DNA of 64,000 nucleotides from Octopus bimaculoides (Eukaryota): the NCBI RefSeq assembly GCF_001194135.2, contig NC_069002.1, positions 30,357,129 to 30,421,128 on the forward strand, written 5' to 3'. The notes beneath the pieces are model-generated. The model saw nothing but the letters and a program-made list of their open reading frames with translations, was not told where the DNA came from and made no database searches. Made by a program: the position numbers and the translations under genes. Shown one piece after another: positions 14,901 to 29,054 of this stretch. Within the stretch, counting starts at the first letter, position 1, and every line of letters starts with the position of its first letter.

Positions 14901-17900
14901 AATCTCACTCAAATTTCACACAGATACTTTGAAGATACATACACTAGATGGTGTAGTCTAAGAAGGTTGTGTCCACATGAAAATATGGGACTATGGAGAG
15001 ACAGGCAGGTAGATATACATACAGAGGTTACGCTCTAAATTTACAAACCTATTCAGCCCACCAATAATAAAATACTGTAATGCAATAATAATAATATAAT
15101 ACTTACACCACATAGTACTTCACCAATGTCTTTTAGGTTCTCGTCTTTTAGGGACAGTTTCTGGAAAATGGAAGGAGAGAAATTGGTATCAGTTACGTGG
15201 GCTCATTATCTTAGATTAACGTGGCATGGATCATGATGGATTAATAGAAGATATATATGTATTATCTGAGAGTAAGATCTCACCAATTGTTCTGGTTTTG
15301 ACGCAGCAGTATATAGTTTTAGAAAAAAACAATGTCTAATGTATATGCATCCATCTAACCCATACTAGCATGGAAAACTTAAGATTAACAAATAAACAAA
15401 TGTGTATGTGTGTGTATGTGTGTGTGTGTGCAAACACAGTATACATCTCTCTCTCTCTCTCTCACTATATATATATATATATACACACATATAAAATCAG
15501 TCACATACTTAATATGTGTGTTTTTATCATCATTTAACGTCTGTTTTCCATGCTGGCATGGGTTAGAGGCTTGACTAGAACTGGTAAGTCAGAGAGCTGC
15601 CCCATGTTCCAGTCCAGAATTGGCTTGGTTTCTATGGCTGGATGCCCTTCCTAATGCCAACTGCCCCAAGAGTGTAGTGGGTGCCTTTTACATGTCACTA
15701 GCATGGGTGTTGTAACATGCCACTGGCAATCGTCCCGACTAATTTCACTTGGTTTGATGAATCTTCTCAAGCACGGCAAATCACCAAAGTTCACAGTCAC
15801 TTGGTCATAACCTCCATGAGGCCCCACATTCAGAGATCATGTCTCACCACTTTGTCTTCCTCTTCCACAGTTTCCCTAGCAACGCTTTTAGGTTGTGGTA
15901 TTTAACCAGGGAAGATCCATTGAAAGATGCAGAGTATTCGAAAGACTTTGCCTGGTTTTGACATATACTACACTCTCGGAGTGGTTGGCGTTAGGAAGGG
16001 CATCCAGCTGTAGAAACTCTGCCAAATCAGATTGGAGCCTGGTGTAGCCATCTGGTTCACCAGTCCTCAGTCAATCGTCCAACCCATGCTAGCATGGAAA
16101 GCGGACATTAAAACGATGATGATGATGATGACTGTGTTACACACATACACAATTTTTTTTTTATTTAAATGAAAACCTATGCTATAACTTACCAATATCA
16201 CATCATACAATAACTTCTTGGGTTCTTCATGGTTTATCGTAAACAACAAATGTGTCATCTGTCTGTAAACAACAAAAAGCAAAACACAAGTTACTGGGTT
16301 TTTGTTTTTTGTTTATTTTAACCCAAACATATAACATGACAAGTGGAAACAATTTTATAACATCTTAAATCATAAATAATGAAATATATAATTCAAATGT
16401 ACACCCCACCCCACCACCACACAAAAGCAAAAACCCATAGCTAAATATATTGAACAGCATTGAATTATAATAGCCATCTATGTATCATACTAAATGTATG
16501 TACACTGCTGACAAGGAATATACTGTGGGTTTTTTTTATCTGAGATAAAATCTCTTATAGATGTGCAGGGTATCAGAGGAAGACATGGCAACCTCACTAA
16601 TGCTGGTGGCATGGAAAGAAAGAAATACACCCAGTATATGCTGTAATGTGGTTGGAATTAAGAAGGGCACCCAGCCATAGAAACCATGCCAAAGCATGAC
16701 ATTGGAGCTCAATGCAGCCCTGCAGCTCACCAGGTCTTTTTACACCATTCAATCTATGCCAGTATGGGAAATGGATGCTAAATGATGAAGATGATGAAGG
16801 TGATGATGATGCTGATGGAGACAAAAAAATTGTCTCAGTGTGGCTAGTGAGAACATCTTATACACTTTGGCTTTGTTGAGCCTTGTTAATGTTACGAGCA
16901 GTTTCTGGCACAATTTTTCACCTCCCTCTAATATATATATATATATATAAGTCCATAAAGGAGGTAATCTCACAATCAATACTGCAGCAATTGCCCTATC
17001 AACAGTGTATATATACATTAAATATGATACGTAGATGTCTATTTTAACCCTTTAGCAATCATAACAACCACAATAACAATGTTTTATATATGTGGGTTGT
17101 GTGAAGAGAGAGAGAAGGTACATACACATATACATGGAGTGAAGGGTGAAGGTGCATGGGCAGTGGTTAACAAGTTTACCTCATGATCATGAGGTTGATA
17201 GGTTCAAATCCTAGTCCCATAGCTTTGTAAATTTTGTAGATGAAAACTGTATAAAGCCTGTCAGGTGTGTGTGTGTGTCTATGTGAATGTTTACATTCTG
17301 CAGAGAGTTGATATATGGTGTCATCTGGCTGGACTGCATTTCCCCAGAAAACCGAGATGCAAACTTTATTACTCAGCAACAGGAAGAGCGTCCAGTAGTA
17401 AAATAATGCTTTGATAATATGTATTCATCTAACCCATGTTGGTATGGAGGGAAAAAACGGACGTAAAACAAATGAAATGTATGCAATAAATTACTTAATG
17501 ATATGAACTATTAATTATACAGTGGTATATATAATTAATTACCTCAACATTACCTGTATTAATAATAAGGTATTAATTACCTGAATAAGAGACTTGGTGG
17601 TTTCTCAACATGAGTCAGTAAGTTCAGAATGGAATTCAGCAAATCAATTTCCATTTCCTTAAACAGAGAAAAAAATATATTAATTAGTGAATTAGTCTAG
17701 CAATTAAAACCAAACAAGTTATTATTTTACAGGGTACTGAGCTTCTTTGAGTGGCAGGTTTTCTATGGTCAGATGCTCTTCCTGTCACCAACCCCTACCT
17801 GTTTCTGAGTGAGATAGTGTTTTTCCCTCCTCTGTTAGGGGGCACAAGCATTTTTACAGACGTGTACAAACATAACGAGAACTTCCATCTTCCAAATTCA

Positions 17901-19716
17901 ATCACAAGACTTCGGTTGATGCATGAGCGACTGCTGGTCTTCCACAAATAACCTTGCTTGGAGTTGTTCCTCATAGGGGAACTTTCTAGGTGAAATCCCA
18001 TGATCATTCATGACCGAGGTGGGTCTTTACCATAAATATATATATCATCATCATCATCATCATCGTTTAATGTCCACTTTCCATGCTAGCATGGGTTGGA
18101 CGATTTGACTGAGGACTGGCGAACCAGAAGGCTGTGCCAGGCTCCAATCTGATCTGGCAGAGTTTCTACAGCTGGATGCCCTTCCTAACGCCAACCACTC
18201 TGAGAGTGTAGTGGGTGCTTTTACGTGCTACTTGCATGAGGGCCAGTCAGGCGGTACTGGTAATGGCCACGCTCAAAATGATGATTTTTACATGTCACCT
18301 GCACAGGAGCCAGTCCAGCGGCACTGGCAATGACCTTGCTCAAATGTTTTTTCATGTGATATATATATATATATATATAAGGTTCCATTGAATTAGGTAC
18401 TTAAATTGAGGCACCTTGCGAGGTCAGTATAATCCACACATGCAAACAATATTAATTAAATACTGAATATCAAGATTCTGTGCAGGGGTGTTTGTACCTC
18501 ATATTCCTGCCATGTACCTCATATTCTTGCCATGTACCTCATATTCTTGCCATGTGTGCAGACAACGCAAACGAACTAAGTGAAGATGTCTGCTCTTGGT
18601 AATTCAGACATGCACTTTTTATAAAGGTACTTTCTATAGTATTTCCAAAGTGCAGATTCCAGGTTAAGTGAATAAAATATAAATGAGTAACAAAGATGTA
18701 CAGGTGTCCCAAATGCTGTCAATGATGTTCACAAGGTGGGGAGTGTAGTACATCCACACAACCAAGATATAAAGTAAGAAGAAGGACAACAATAACCCAA
18801 AAATACAGCAAAGAAGTAAAAATTAGGGTCGGGGGAGATTTTAATAGGGAAAGTAGGAGAAAGTTACTTACCGTGGTACGAGGTATTTTCTTGATCAGGA
18901 ATGGAAGGAGAAGTCTCACCAGATCAGAGCAAAGTCGGCTGTCAGTGACATCAGCTGAGATACTGGAGAGGACAAAAGTGAGAAAAAGAGACAGAACATC
19001 AGTGAGAGAGAGAAAGAACATGATATATATATATATATATATCATCATCATCATCATCGTTTAACGTCCGCTTTCCATGCTAGCATGGGTTGGACATATA
19101 ATTATGTGTATTTCTTCTATCTTAATGAATAAAAATTCTTCTGATAGAATAAATGGGTTAATAGAAACCAATGTAGCAAAGAACACAAAATAACTGTGGT
19201 TTAGTTCCTGTTTTTAAGGCAGGAACTCCTTGAAATTTTGGGTATTTGAGTATATTTAAGAATTTAAGGATTGGAGAAAACGCATGTTATAATTGCATAC
19301 TTTATTCCTACATATGTTTCAAAGGATTACAACCTGTGTGATCCATAGGGATCTTTGATATTAAAATTGTAACCTTCTCATCAGGGAAAGCATCTATATA
19401 TTATAGATTCAGGTTGATATGGTACTTAAGTTAAGGCACCAGAATTTAGTACAGTTATTATCCATACAAATTTCAAAGTAAGGTGATTAAAATCAGTGGC
19501 TTATTTTGATTATATATATATATATATAAATGCTAAAAGGGTTAGAGGGATCTAAATTAAAACCTTCCATAAAAATTCTAGATGAAAGTATTAAACTGCA
19601 TGGTTTGTTAGACCAAATGGTCAGCCCTTAATACATCGTTTGGTTCATCATAGATCCCATCAGACAACAAATAACTTCTACTACTACTACCGCCAAAACC
19701 ACCACCACCACCACTG

Positions 19717-19752
<36 letters not shown>

Positions 19753-22700
19753 ATAATAATAATAATAATAATAATAATGATGATGATGATAATGATAATA
19801 ATAATAATAATAATAAAGCAACAAGTTGTTAACGTACTGAGACAGTATTGATAATTCTCTGGAGTTGGCCTTCTTCATGCCCAATCTTTTGCGAACAGCT
19901 GTGAAATAATTCTTCAAATATGTCATAATGCTTTCAGAATGTGGTTTCAGGATTTCAGTGCCAAGTTCTGAAAAGAAGGAGGAAGAAACGAGAGAATAAG
20001 GAAACAGTTTTGAAATTCGGAATATACCATTATTATTAGAGAATGTCCAAGAGAAAATGGATGACGGAAGATTCAACCTTTTAGCATTCGGATTATTCTG
20101 TCAAATGTTCGGCTTATTTATTCCAATTGTTTTGAATTAATCATGGATTAAATTGAACCTTTGTGATTTCAATGATGTGATTGTTTAATTTTAGGGTAGG
20201 TCTGAAAAGCCAGATCTGGCCAGATTAAATACCAAAGGGTTAAGCTACGCCTGGGTCAGGAGACTGGATTCTTGGGTTAGACAGGTACAAAATACAGTGC
20301 ACGTGTGTAACATACTGGCTAGGGTGTTTGGCTCACGATTGCAAGTTCAATTCCCAGCAACACATTCTGACCTTGAGCAAGATACTCATTTCATGTTGCA
20401 TGCGTCCACTCTGCAGGCAAAAACGAGTTGCATTTGTATTTTCAAAGGGTCATCCTTATCACATTCGGTGTGTCACACTGAATCTCCCTGAGAACTACAT
20501 CAAAGGTATGTGTGTCTGTGGAGTACTCGGCCACTTGGTTGTTAATTTTATGAGCAGGCTGTTCCATTGGTTGGATCAACTGGAACCTTCACCATCGTAA
20601 CCAATGAAGTGACAGTTAATGGTAAAGACTAAATACCACCAATTCTATCACCATCCCCTAATCTGATGCTCTAACAATTCTCCTATCCACAGCCTCAATG
20701 TAATTACATTGGCCCTTATGCTCAACTGGTACTTATTTCATTGACCTCAAAGAGATGAAAGGAAAAGGTGACCTCAGTGGAATTTGAACACAGAATATGA
20801 AGATGGACAAAATACCACAAAGCATTTTGCCCAGGGCAGTAACGATTCTGCCAGCTCACCGCTTTTATAATAATAATAATAATAATCCATTCTACTATAA
20901 GCACAAGGCCTCGAATTTTGGGGGAGGGGGCAAGTTGACTACATCGACCCCAGTGTGTAACTGGTACTTAATTTATCAACCCCGAAAGGATGAAAGGCAA
21001 AGTCGACCTCGGTGGAATTTGAACTCAGAACGTGAAGACGGACAAATTACTGCTAAGCATTTTGCCTGACGTGCTAACGTCTCTGCCAGTTTGCCACTTT
21101 TATAATAATGATAATAATAATAATGATGATGATGATGATTATGTAAAATAAAACAAAAAAATAAAAATAACAAAGCAAACCTTTCACATCTTGGCTGTGT
21201 GCACCCGATCCATTGACGACAACCAATTTAAATTCCAAACCATCATCTTCAGGTAACTCAGGGTTGTAAAAGTTGATAACCATTTCTACGATGAGTAAAC
21301 TGACCGTCCGGTTGATGCGTTTGGTGCAGAGAAGCTGGAACACAAAAGACAATGGACAGACGACGATGCCATCAATCATCTTTGTCTTCAGGAAACAAGG
21401 AAACAACCTGGAGAGGAAAAAAAAATGTGAAAGATGCACATGATGGAATTGTAATAGAGACGGGAGTGGTTGTCATGGGGAGGGGGGGGGTCAACAATGA
21501 TAAAATAACATTTAAGGACTCGACTAGGATTTGAACTCAGACCATAAAGACGGATTAAATGCCGCTGAGCATTTTGCCTGTTGCCTTAAACCGTGATAAG
21601 ATATTAAAAATAAAGTCGTTTTTTTCTCCGACCACCGGAGGAGCAAACATTTTCCTGGAGAGTATAGTGAGGCCAGGGGGGGGGGGAAGAAACGGGTTGG
21701 ATAATACCTGTAAATGTTAAACAATGAAAATGTAAATGGACTTACCTTGGATTTTTGGACCAAATATTAAAGAGTCTCAGCAAGAATGTGGGTCCACTGA
21801 GGCAGTCTTTAGGGAGGGTCTCGATCTACAAATAGAGTGAAATAAAATAAAGTATTTATTGTTCACAACAAACCCATAAAATGATATTGTTTGGAGTTTT
21901 TTTTAACAGGGGTCATCATCCAGTTTGTATGAAAATGTGCAAAATCAAACGCTTTGATCTCCGTAAAAAACTAGCATGTGGAGGTGCGTGGCTCAGAGGT
22001 TAGGCTGCTACAATTATGATTGGAAGATTGTGGTATCAATTCCTGGACTGGGTAATGTATTGTGTTCTTGAGCGAAACCCTTCATTTGATGTTGCTCTAG
22101 TCCACTCACGCAGCAAAAATGAATAATTCTGCGAGTGAAGGTGCATGGTTGAATGGTTAGAGTGTGGGACTCATAAGCATAAGTTTGCAGTTTCAATTCC
22201 TGGACCAAAACACTTCATTTCATGTTGCTCCATTCAATTCAACTGGCAAATATGAGCAATCATGTGACAGACAAGTCCTATCCAGCGGGGGAGTATATAC
22301 GCCACAGAATCTGGGAAACTAGCCATATGAGCCAAAGGGCTTGGGAAGGTCCTTTCATCCATTTTGATATGATATGATGTGTAGTTGATGCCAGTGCTGC
22401 CTGATTGGCTCCCATGCCAGTGGCACGTAAAAATCATCATTCAAGCATGGTCGATGCCAGTGCCGTTTGACTGGTTCCCGTGCTAGTCCCACATAAAAAG
22501 CACCCACTACACTCTCGGAGGGTTGGCGTTACGAAGGGCATCCAGCTGTAGAAACATTGCCAGATCAGATTGGAGTTTGGTGCAGCCTCCTGGCTTGCCA
22601 GTCCTCAAACCATCCAACCCATGCCAGCATGGAAAACGGGCGTTAAACGATGATGATGATGATAGTATGTATTAAGTAGGGTACTAGGGAAGCAGGTGGT

Positions 22701-25700
22701 GGGGACACACAAACACAAACATACACACACACAAACACAAACATACACACACACATTGATACATACATATATACATATATGATGGGGCTTCTTTCAGTTT
22801 CCAACCAAATCCACTCACAAGACTTTGGTCAGCCCAAGTTTATAGAGACACTTGCCCAACGTGCCATGCAGTGGAACTGAACCTGAACCCATGTGGTTGG
22901 GAAGCAAGCTTCTTACCACACCGCCACAAGAAAAATTGAAGTATATACATATATATTCACTCACCTTTGGCCAAACAACCACATCAAAGATGGAATCAAT
23001 GTCTTGAGGTGTGAAAGAGTAAGTTTCAAAAACTGTGAAGAACTGCATCATTGAAAAACATAAAAAACAAAAAAGATTAAATTTGAAGAATTCACAAAAA
23101 AAAACCCCATCCACAAAAATAAATAAATAAATGAATGAAAAAAAAAATAATAAAGATTATGATAAAGCAGAGATATAAATTAGATAAATTTGGTAAGGGA
23201 GTGATTTAGTCAAATACGTCGACGCCAGTACTTGTCGTTTCATCGTTTAATGTCCGCCTTCCATGCTAGCATGGGTTGGATGATTTGACTTAGGACTGGT
23301 GAGCCAGATGGCTGCACCAAGCTCCAATCTGATCTGGCAGAGTTTCTACAGCTGGATGCCCTTCCTAACGCCAACCACTCTGAGAGTGTAGTGGGTGCTT
23401 TTACGTGCCACCGGCACGAAGGCCAGTCAGGCGGTACTGACAACGGCCATGCTCAAAATGGTATATTTTATGTGCCACCTGCACAGGAGCCAGTCCAGCG
23501 GCACTGGCAATGACCTCGCTCGAATGTTTTTTTCATGTTGCCAGTGCCACTGGACTTTTGGTATTTTATTTTATCAACTCTGAAAGGATGAAAGACAAAG
23601 TCAACCTGGGTGGGATTTGAACTCGCTGTCCGATATGGTAATGATTCTACGAGCTTGCCGTTTTATACAAATTAAATAGTAAGGTCTTTAACCCTTTAGC
23701 ATCAAGATTATTTTGTCAAATGTAAAGCATATGTATTAACACTATTTTAAATTAATCCTGCATCATTTCATGACTGAAATTTCAATGATGTGATTGTTTA
23801 TTTTTAAAATGACACTCTAAGGTAGCCATGAAAAACCAGAGCTGACCAGTTTGAAGATAAAACAAGTGGAATATTTTGGCCAGACATGGCCAGTTTAAAC
23901 ACTAAAGGATTAAACTTGATTGCAGAGAAGGGGAAAGATGTGGAGATTGATAAGTACACATCATATACTTACACATAATGATGTGTGTTATTAATTAATA
24001 TAAATTGACATGGAGAGAGAGAGAGAGAGAGACAGACAGAGGCACAGAAAGTGGGGGGAGGCAGAAAAACAGAGAGAGGGGGAGAGACAGACAAAAAAGA
24101 GAGTGGAGGAAACAGAAAGATAGAGAGGGGGGAGAAACAGAGACATGGAAAGAAAGAGAGAGAGAGAGAGAGAACAAGACAGACAGAAAGAAAGAAAGAG
24201 TGGGACTGAGACAGGCAGACAGACAAACAGACACAGAAAGTAAGAGGGAGAGAGAGAAAGAAAGAAAGATAGAAAGATAGACAGAAAGAGAGACTTTTTG
24301 TTGCCAACAGAGTTAACAATCCAAAGAATAAAACATAAATAAGACAAAATAAAATAAAAAAATAAAATAAAAGAACTCACCTGATATAATCGCAGGTAAC
24401 ACGGTCTGGAAGCTTGTAATAAGCATTTCACAACTCTTTGGTAAATTCTTCGTTTATTCTTGAGACATGCATTGACAGTGGCAATCATCCCTAAGATGAC
24501 ATGCAGCATATTCTGCAGGTAAGTCTGCAGGTAATGTCCCAACTTTCTCAAGATAAGCCATATCAGGTTGGAGAAACTATGGTTTCGGAGTTTTGTGAGA
24601 TTTGGGGGTTTTTTTGTAAAAAAGAAAAACAAGTTTTACATGAGTTGAGAATAAACAAAAATTGAAATATGCAATAAAGCATGATCTTCAAACGTTGGGC
24701 CTTATGCAGGCAAATGACTGAGACCTTTGGCAATAAGCCATGCTTTAGAAGACCCATCAAGCCAAGTGAAATCACAGTTGTGGCTGACGCTGGTGTCACA
24801 TACCAGGAACCCATATCAGAGGCACATAAAAAGCACCCTTTGAACTTTGGGCCTCATGGGGGCAGTGACAAGTGACTGAGACCTTTGGTAATATACCATG
24901 CTTGAGAAGACTTGTCAAGCCAAGTAAGATTGCAGTTGTGACCGATGCTGGCTTTAGTAACTGGCAACATGAAATGAAGTGTCTTGCTGAAGAACACAAC
25001 ACTCAGCCTAGTCTGAGAATCAAACTCGCAACCCCGTGATTGTAAGCCTAACACTCTAACCACTAAACTATGCACCTTCTATATATACATATACTCATTT
25101 TACTCTTTTACTTGTTTCAAGTCTTTTGACTGTGGCCATGCTGGAGCACCACCTTTAGTCGAGCAAATCGACCCCAGGACTTATTCTTTGGAAGCCTAGT
25201 ACTAATTCTATCAGTCTCTTTTGCCGAACCGCTAAGTTACGGGGACATAAACACACCAGCATCGGTTGTCAAGCGATGTTGGGGGGACAAACACAGACAT
25301 ACAAACATACATATATATATATACGACAGGCTTCTTTCAGTTTCCGTCTACCAAATCCACTCACAAGGCTTTGGTCGGCCCGAGGCTATAGTAGAAGACA
25401 CTTGCCCAAGGTGCCACGCAGTGGGACTGAACCCGGGACCATGTGGTTGGTAAGCAAGCTACTTACCACACAGCTACTCCTACGCATATATATATAAAAT
25501 CATCATCATCCATCAGTTAACACCTGTTTTCTGATTTCCAATTGGATGGAATAAATTTTAAATGTGTAAAATTTGGAATTGGTTTGTGTTTTTACCTTTG
25601 AAACAGTGATGGAGGAAATACTTTGGTTAAATTGATGGAATTCTTCAGTTCTTCAAATGACGAATAATCTAGAAAATTCAAAAACAGATTCAGATTATTC

Positions 25701-28700
25701 AAAAATACTCTGAAACATTCAAAAAAGAGAATTAATTCATTAATTATAATTGAGCTTTTAATTATCATCATCATCATCATTTAATGTCCACTTTTCCATG
25801 CTTGCACGGGCCAGACAGAATCTGTCATCTGTAGGACTAAAGAGCTTAAAGGTTTCCATAACTCAAATAGGAAAGAACATGTACTATTTGAACCACCAAT
25901 GTCAGTCCCTCCTCTTCATCATATTGCATCCACTTTCCATGGGTTGAACAGTTGAACAAGATCCGATGAGTCAGAGGACAGCACCGGGGAGATCCATTGT
26001 CTCTCTTTTGGCATGGTTTCTATAGCTGGATGCCTGCCCTTCCTAATGCCAACTGCTTCACAGAATGTACTAAGTGCTTTCTTTGTGTTGTGGCACCAGC
26101 ACCAGTTAGGTTGCCTTGTAATCTGCAGGACAAAAGAGCTTAAAGGTTAAAGGTCTCCACAACTCAAAGAAGAATAGGGGAGAACACATTCAATTTGAAC
26201 CACCTATATCAGTTAATAAAAAAGTTATGAATAATTTCGCATCACTTTTGGTATAACCCAATCCTTCAACAATGTAGATTCAAACTAAACTTCTTCACCA
26301 AACAGCCCAGCCAGCCTGCAGATGTATATTTACACTCTGTGCCTTCAAATGAAAACCAAGGAAAAAAAAAAAAACAGTGACATATACTTTTACTTGTTTC
26401 AGTCATTTGACTGCAGCCATGCTGGAGCACCGCCTTTAGTCGAGCAAATCAACCCCAGGGCTTATTTTTTGTAAGCCTAGTACTTATTCTGTTGCTCTCT
26501 TTTGCCGAACCGCTAAGTTACGGGGACGTAAACACACCAGCTTCGGTTGTCAAGCGATTTTGGGAGGACAAACACAGACACACAAACACATATATATATA
26601 TATAAACATATATACGACAGGCTTCTTTCAGTTTCCATCTACCAAATCCACTCACAAGGCTTTGGTCGGCCCAAGGCTATAGTAGAAGACACTTGCCCAA
26701 GGTGCCATGCAGTGGGAATGAACCCAGAACCATGTGGTTGGTAAGCAAGCTACTTACCACACAGCCACTCCTGAGCCTATATATGTTGATATTCCTCTGC
26801 TGATAAACTATCCTGCAGCTCTGCACTTTTCAAGATGAGTAGAATGAGAAAAATAAAACAGGACTTACTTGACGAGAAATCCAACCATGGTTTTAAGACG
26901 ACTTCAACAAAAGTAATTCTTTCTTGGAGACTGCAGCCACAAAAGAAGGTGAACACTTGTCCTTTCTTTGACTCAGGTGTTTTCTTGTTTTTCAAAACTC
27001 CACAGAGTATCCTATAATACAAAACAAACACAATACTCATCAGTAACATGTCTCACAAATAGAAATGAAAAGAAAGAAAAAACATGACCATCTTCCATCT
27101 TTTCTTTTATTCTTTTACTTGTTTTAGTCATCAGACTACGGTCATGCTGGAGCACCGCCTTAAAGAATTTTAGTTGAATGAATCGACCCCAGTATTTATT
27201 ATTATTTATTATTTTTCTTGTTAAAACCTGGTCCTTATTCTATTGGTCTCTTCTGCTGAACTTCTAAGTTATGGGGACATAAACACACCAACACTGGTTG
27301 TCAAGTGGTGGTGGGTGGGGAGAGAAACCTAGACACAAAGACACACACACACATAGATATATACATATACATGACAGGCGTCTTTCAGTTTCTGTCTACA
27401 AGGCTTTGGTCAACCAGAGGCTCGAGTAGAAGACACTCGCCCAATGTGCCACACAGTGGGACCGAGCCCAGAACCATGTAATTGGGAAGCAAACTTCTTA
27501 CCACACAGCCATGTCCACGCCTATCTGAAGGAAATAACATTATCGTATCAAATTATGGTAACAAAAGGATTAAAGTGATCTAAATTAAAACCTTCCATCA
27601 AAACTTCATGGAAATTTATGTTCCAAATACCAGATTAACTCTAAGCATTTAAACCAACCATATCCAGCCCAAATATTCTACATGTTTTATGTTCAAACCA
27701 GCCATATCTGGCCTCTCATACCTACCCTGTAGTGTTATTCTAAAAATATACAGTCACATCATTGAAATCTCAAAACTGCATGATTAATTCAAAAACAACG
27801 TGAATAAATAAACATTGCATTTGACAGAGAAGTCTGAATGCTAAAGGGTTAATAGCAACAGAGTTATTTTAACCAAATTCTTCGTTATTTTCGAGATTAA
27901 TTGTAAAAAATGGCAATGAATTTCAACAGAAATATGGTAACAGAATGGTTAAGGAAAAAGAAGGACACAGTGGACGATGTATTCCCTAATATACAAAATG
28001 ACAGGATGGTCACAACTGGATCAGTTTTGAATATAAATCTGCCAGATCACAGCTGACCTGAAGCTAAACATCAACAGCAACCATCATAACTGCCTTCACC
28101 AAGTCTTACCTAGACAATATTTGAAAGACACTAGTGCGATGTTCCTTCTTCAGAATGCAACAACTGGAGTCCAAATTGAAACGAGCTAATTCAGCACGGA
28201 ATCCTTTATTTTCCAGAATATGAATCAAATTCTCCCTGAAAAAAAAATATTTGTGATTCTAAAAATATTTATCAAATAGATAAATAAACAAATAAAATAA
28301 TGATTTTGTAGAAATCTTCTATGATAAAAGAGAAGCTGATCTGTCTATCACAAGATATAAGTGAAGGAGGGGAAGAAGGGGAGAAGAAAAATACAGTGAG
28401 ATAGTGTGTATGAAAGAGAGATAGATAGTGTTGTCACCATAGTAATGAACAAGTTTTGATTAGAAATGTGAGAATTGTAAGTGTATGTCTGCCGATACAA
28501 AACAGACTTCAAATAAAAAAGTATTTCATTATCTAACAATGCAGATAGTTATTTCTTTTTTTTATTGTTTGTATGTGTGTCTGTGCATTTCTGCATGTCT
28601 TTCAACATAGGGACAACACAATACAGACTTTAACTATGTTGTTGTTGATGAGGGAAATTCAGTGGGAGAGAGAGAGAAAGAGAGTGCGTGCATGTGTGTG

Positions 28701-29015
28701 TGAAAGATAGAGTGTTGTCACCATAGTAACCAACAAGACTTTCACTATATAGCAGAAGGTATGTGTGCATGTTTAACAAATATTTTTACCAGCAGCGTGG
28801 TACTAGTTAAGTATAAAGGCTAAGTGTGTATAAAGAGTGTATACGTTAATAACATTCCAACTTGTCTGAGTATTTTCATGGATGACTGAAAACAAACAAT
28901 GGTGTCTGTATGTCACAGAGATGTTTGATTACAATTAGAGCACAATATCAAAAGTAAACACACACAAATATACACAAAATGGGGTCAGGGGAGGGGTCTA
29001 TGAAGTTTACTCACA

Positions 29016-29054
<39 letters not shown>

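Noticed and set aside
16749-17018. Helical-looking ORF (KLCQKLLVTLTRLNK) as a UTP20 exon
   Set aside because: No usable donor; exons 35-37 join in frame without it
24577-25595. U12-type intron 28
   Set aside because: Donor is GTAAAA, not GTATCCTT, and no TCCTTAAC branch site
26777-26868. ORF continuing past the exon 27 donor as an extra exon
   Set aside because: Implied intron under ~45 nt; exon 28 already fits phase and homology
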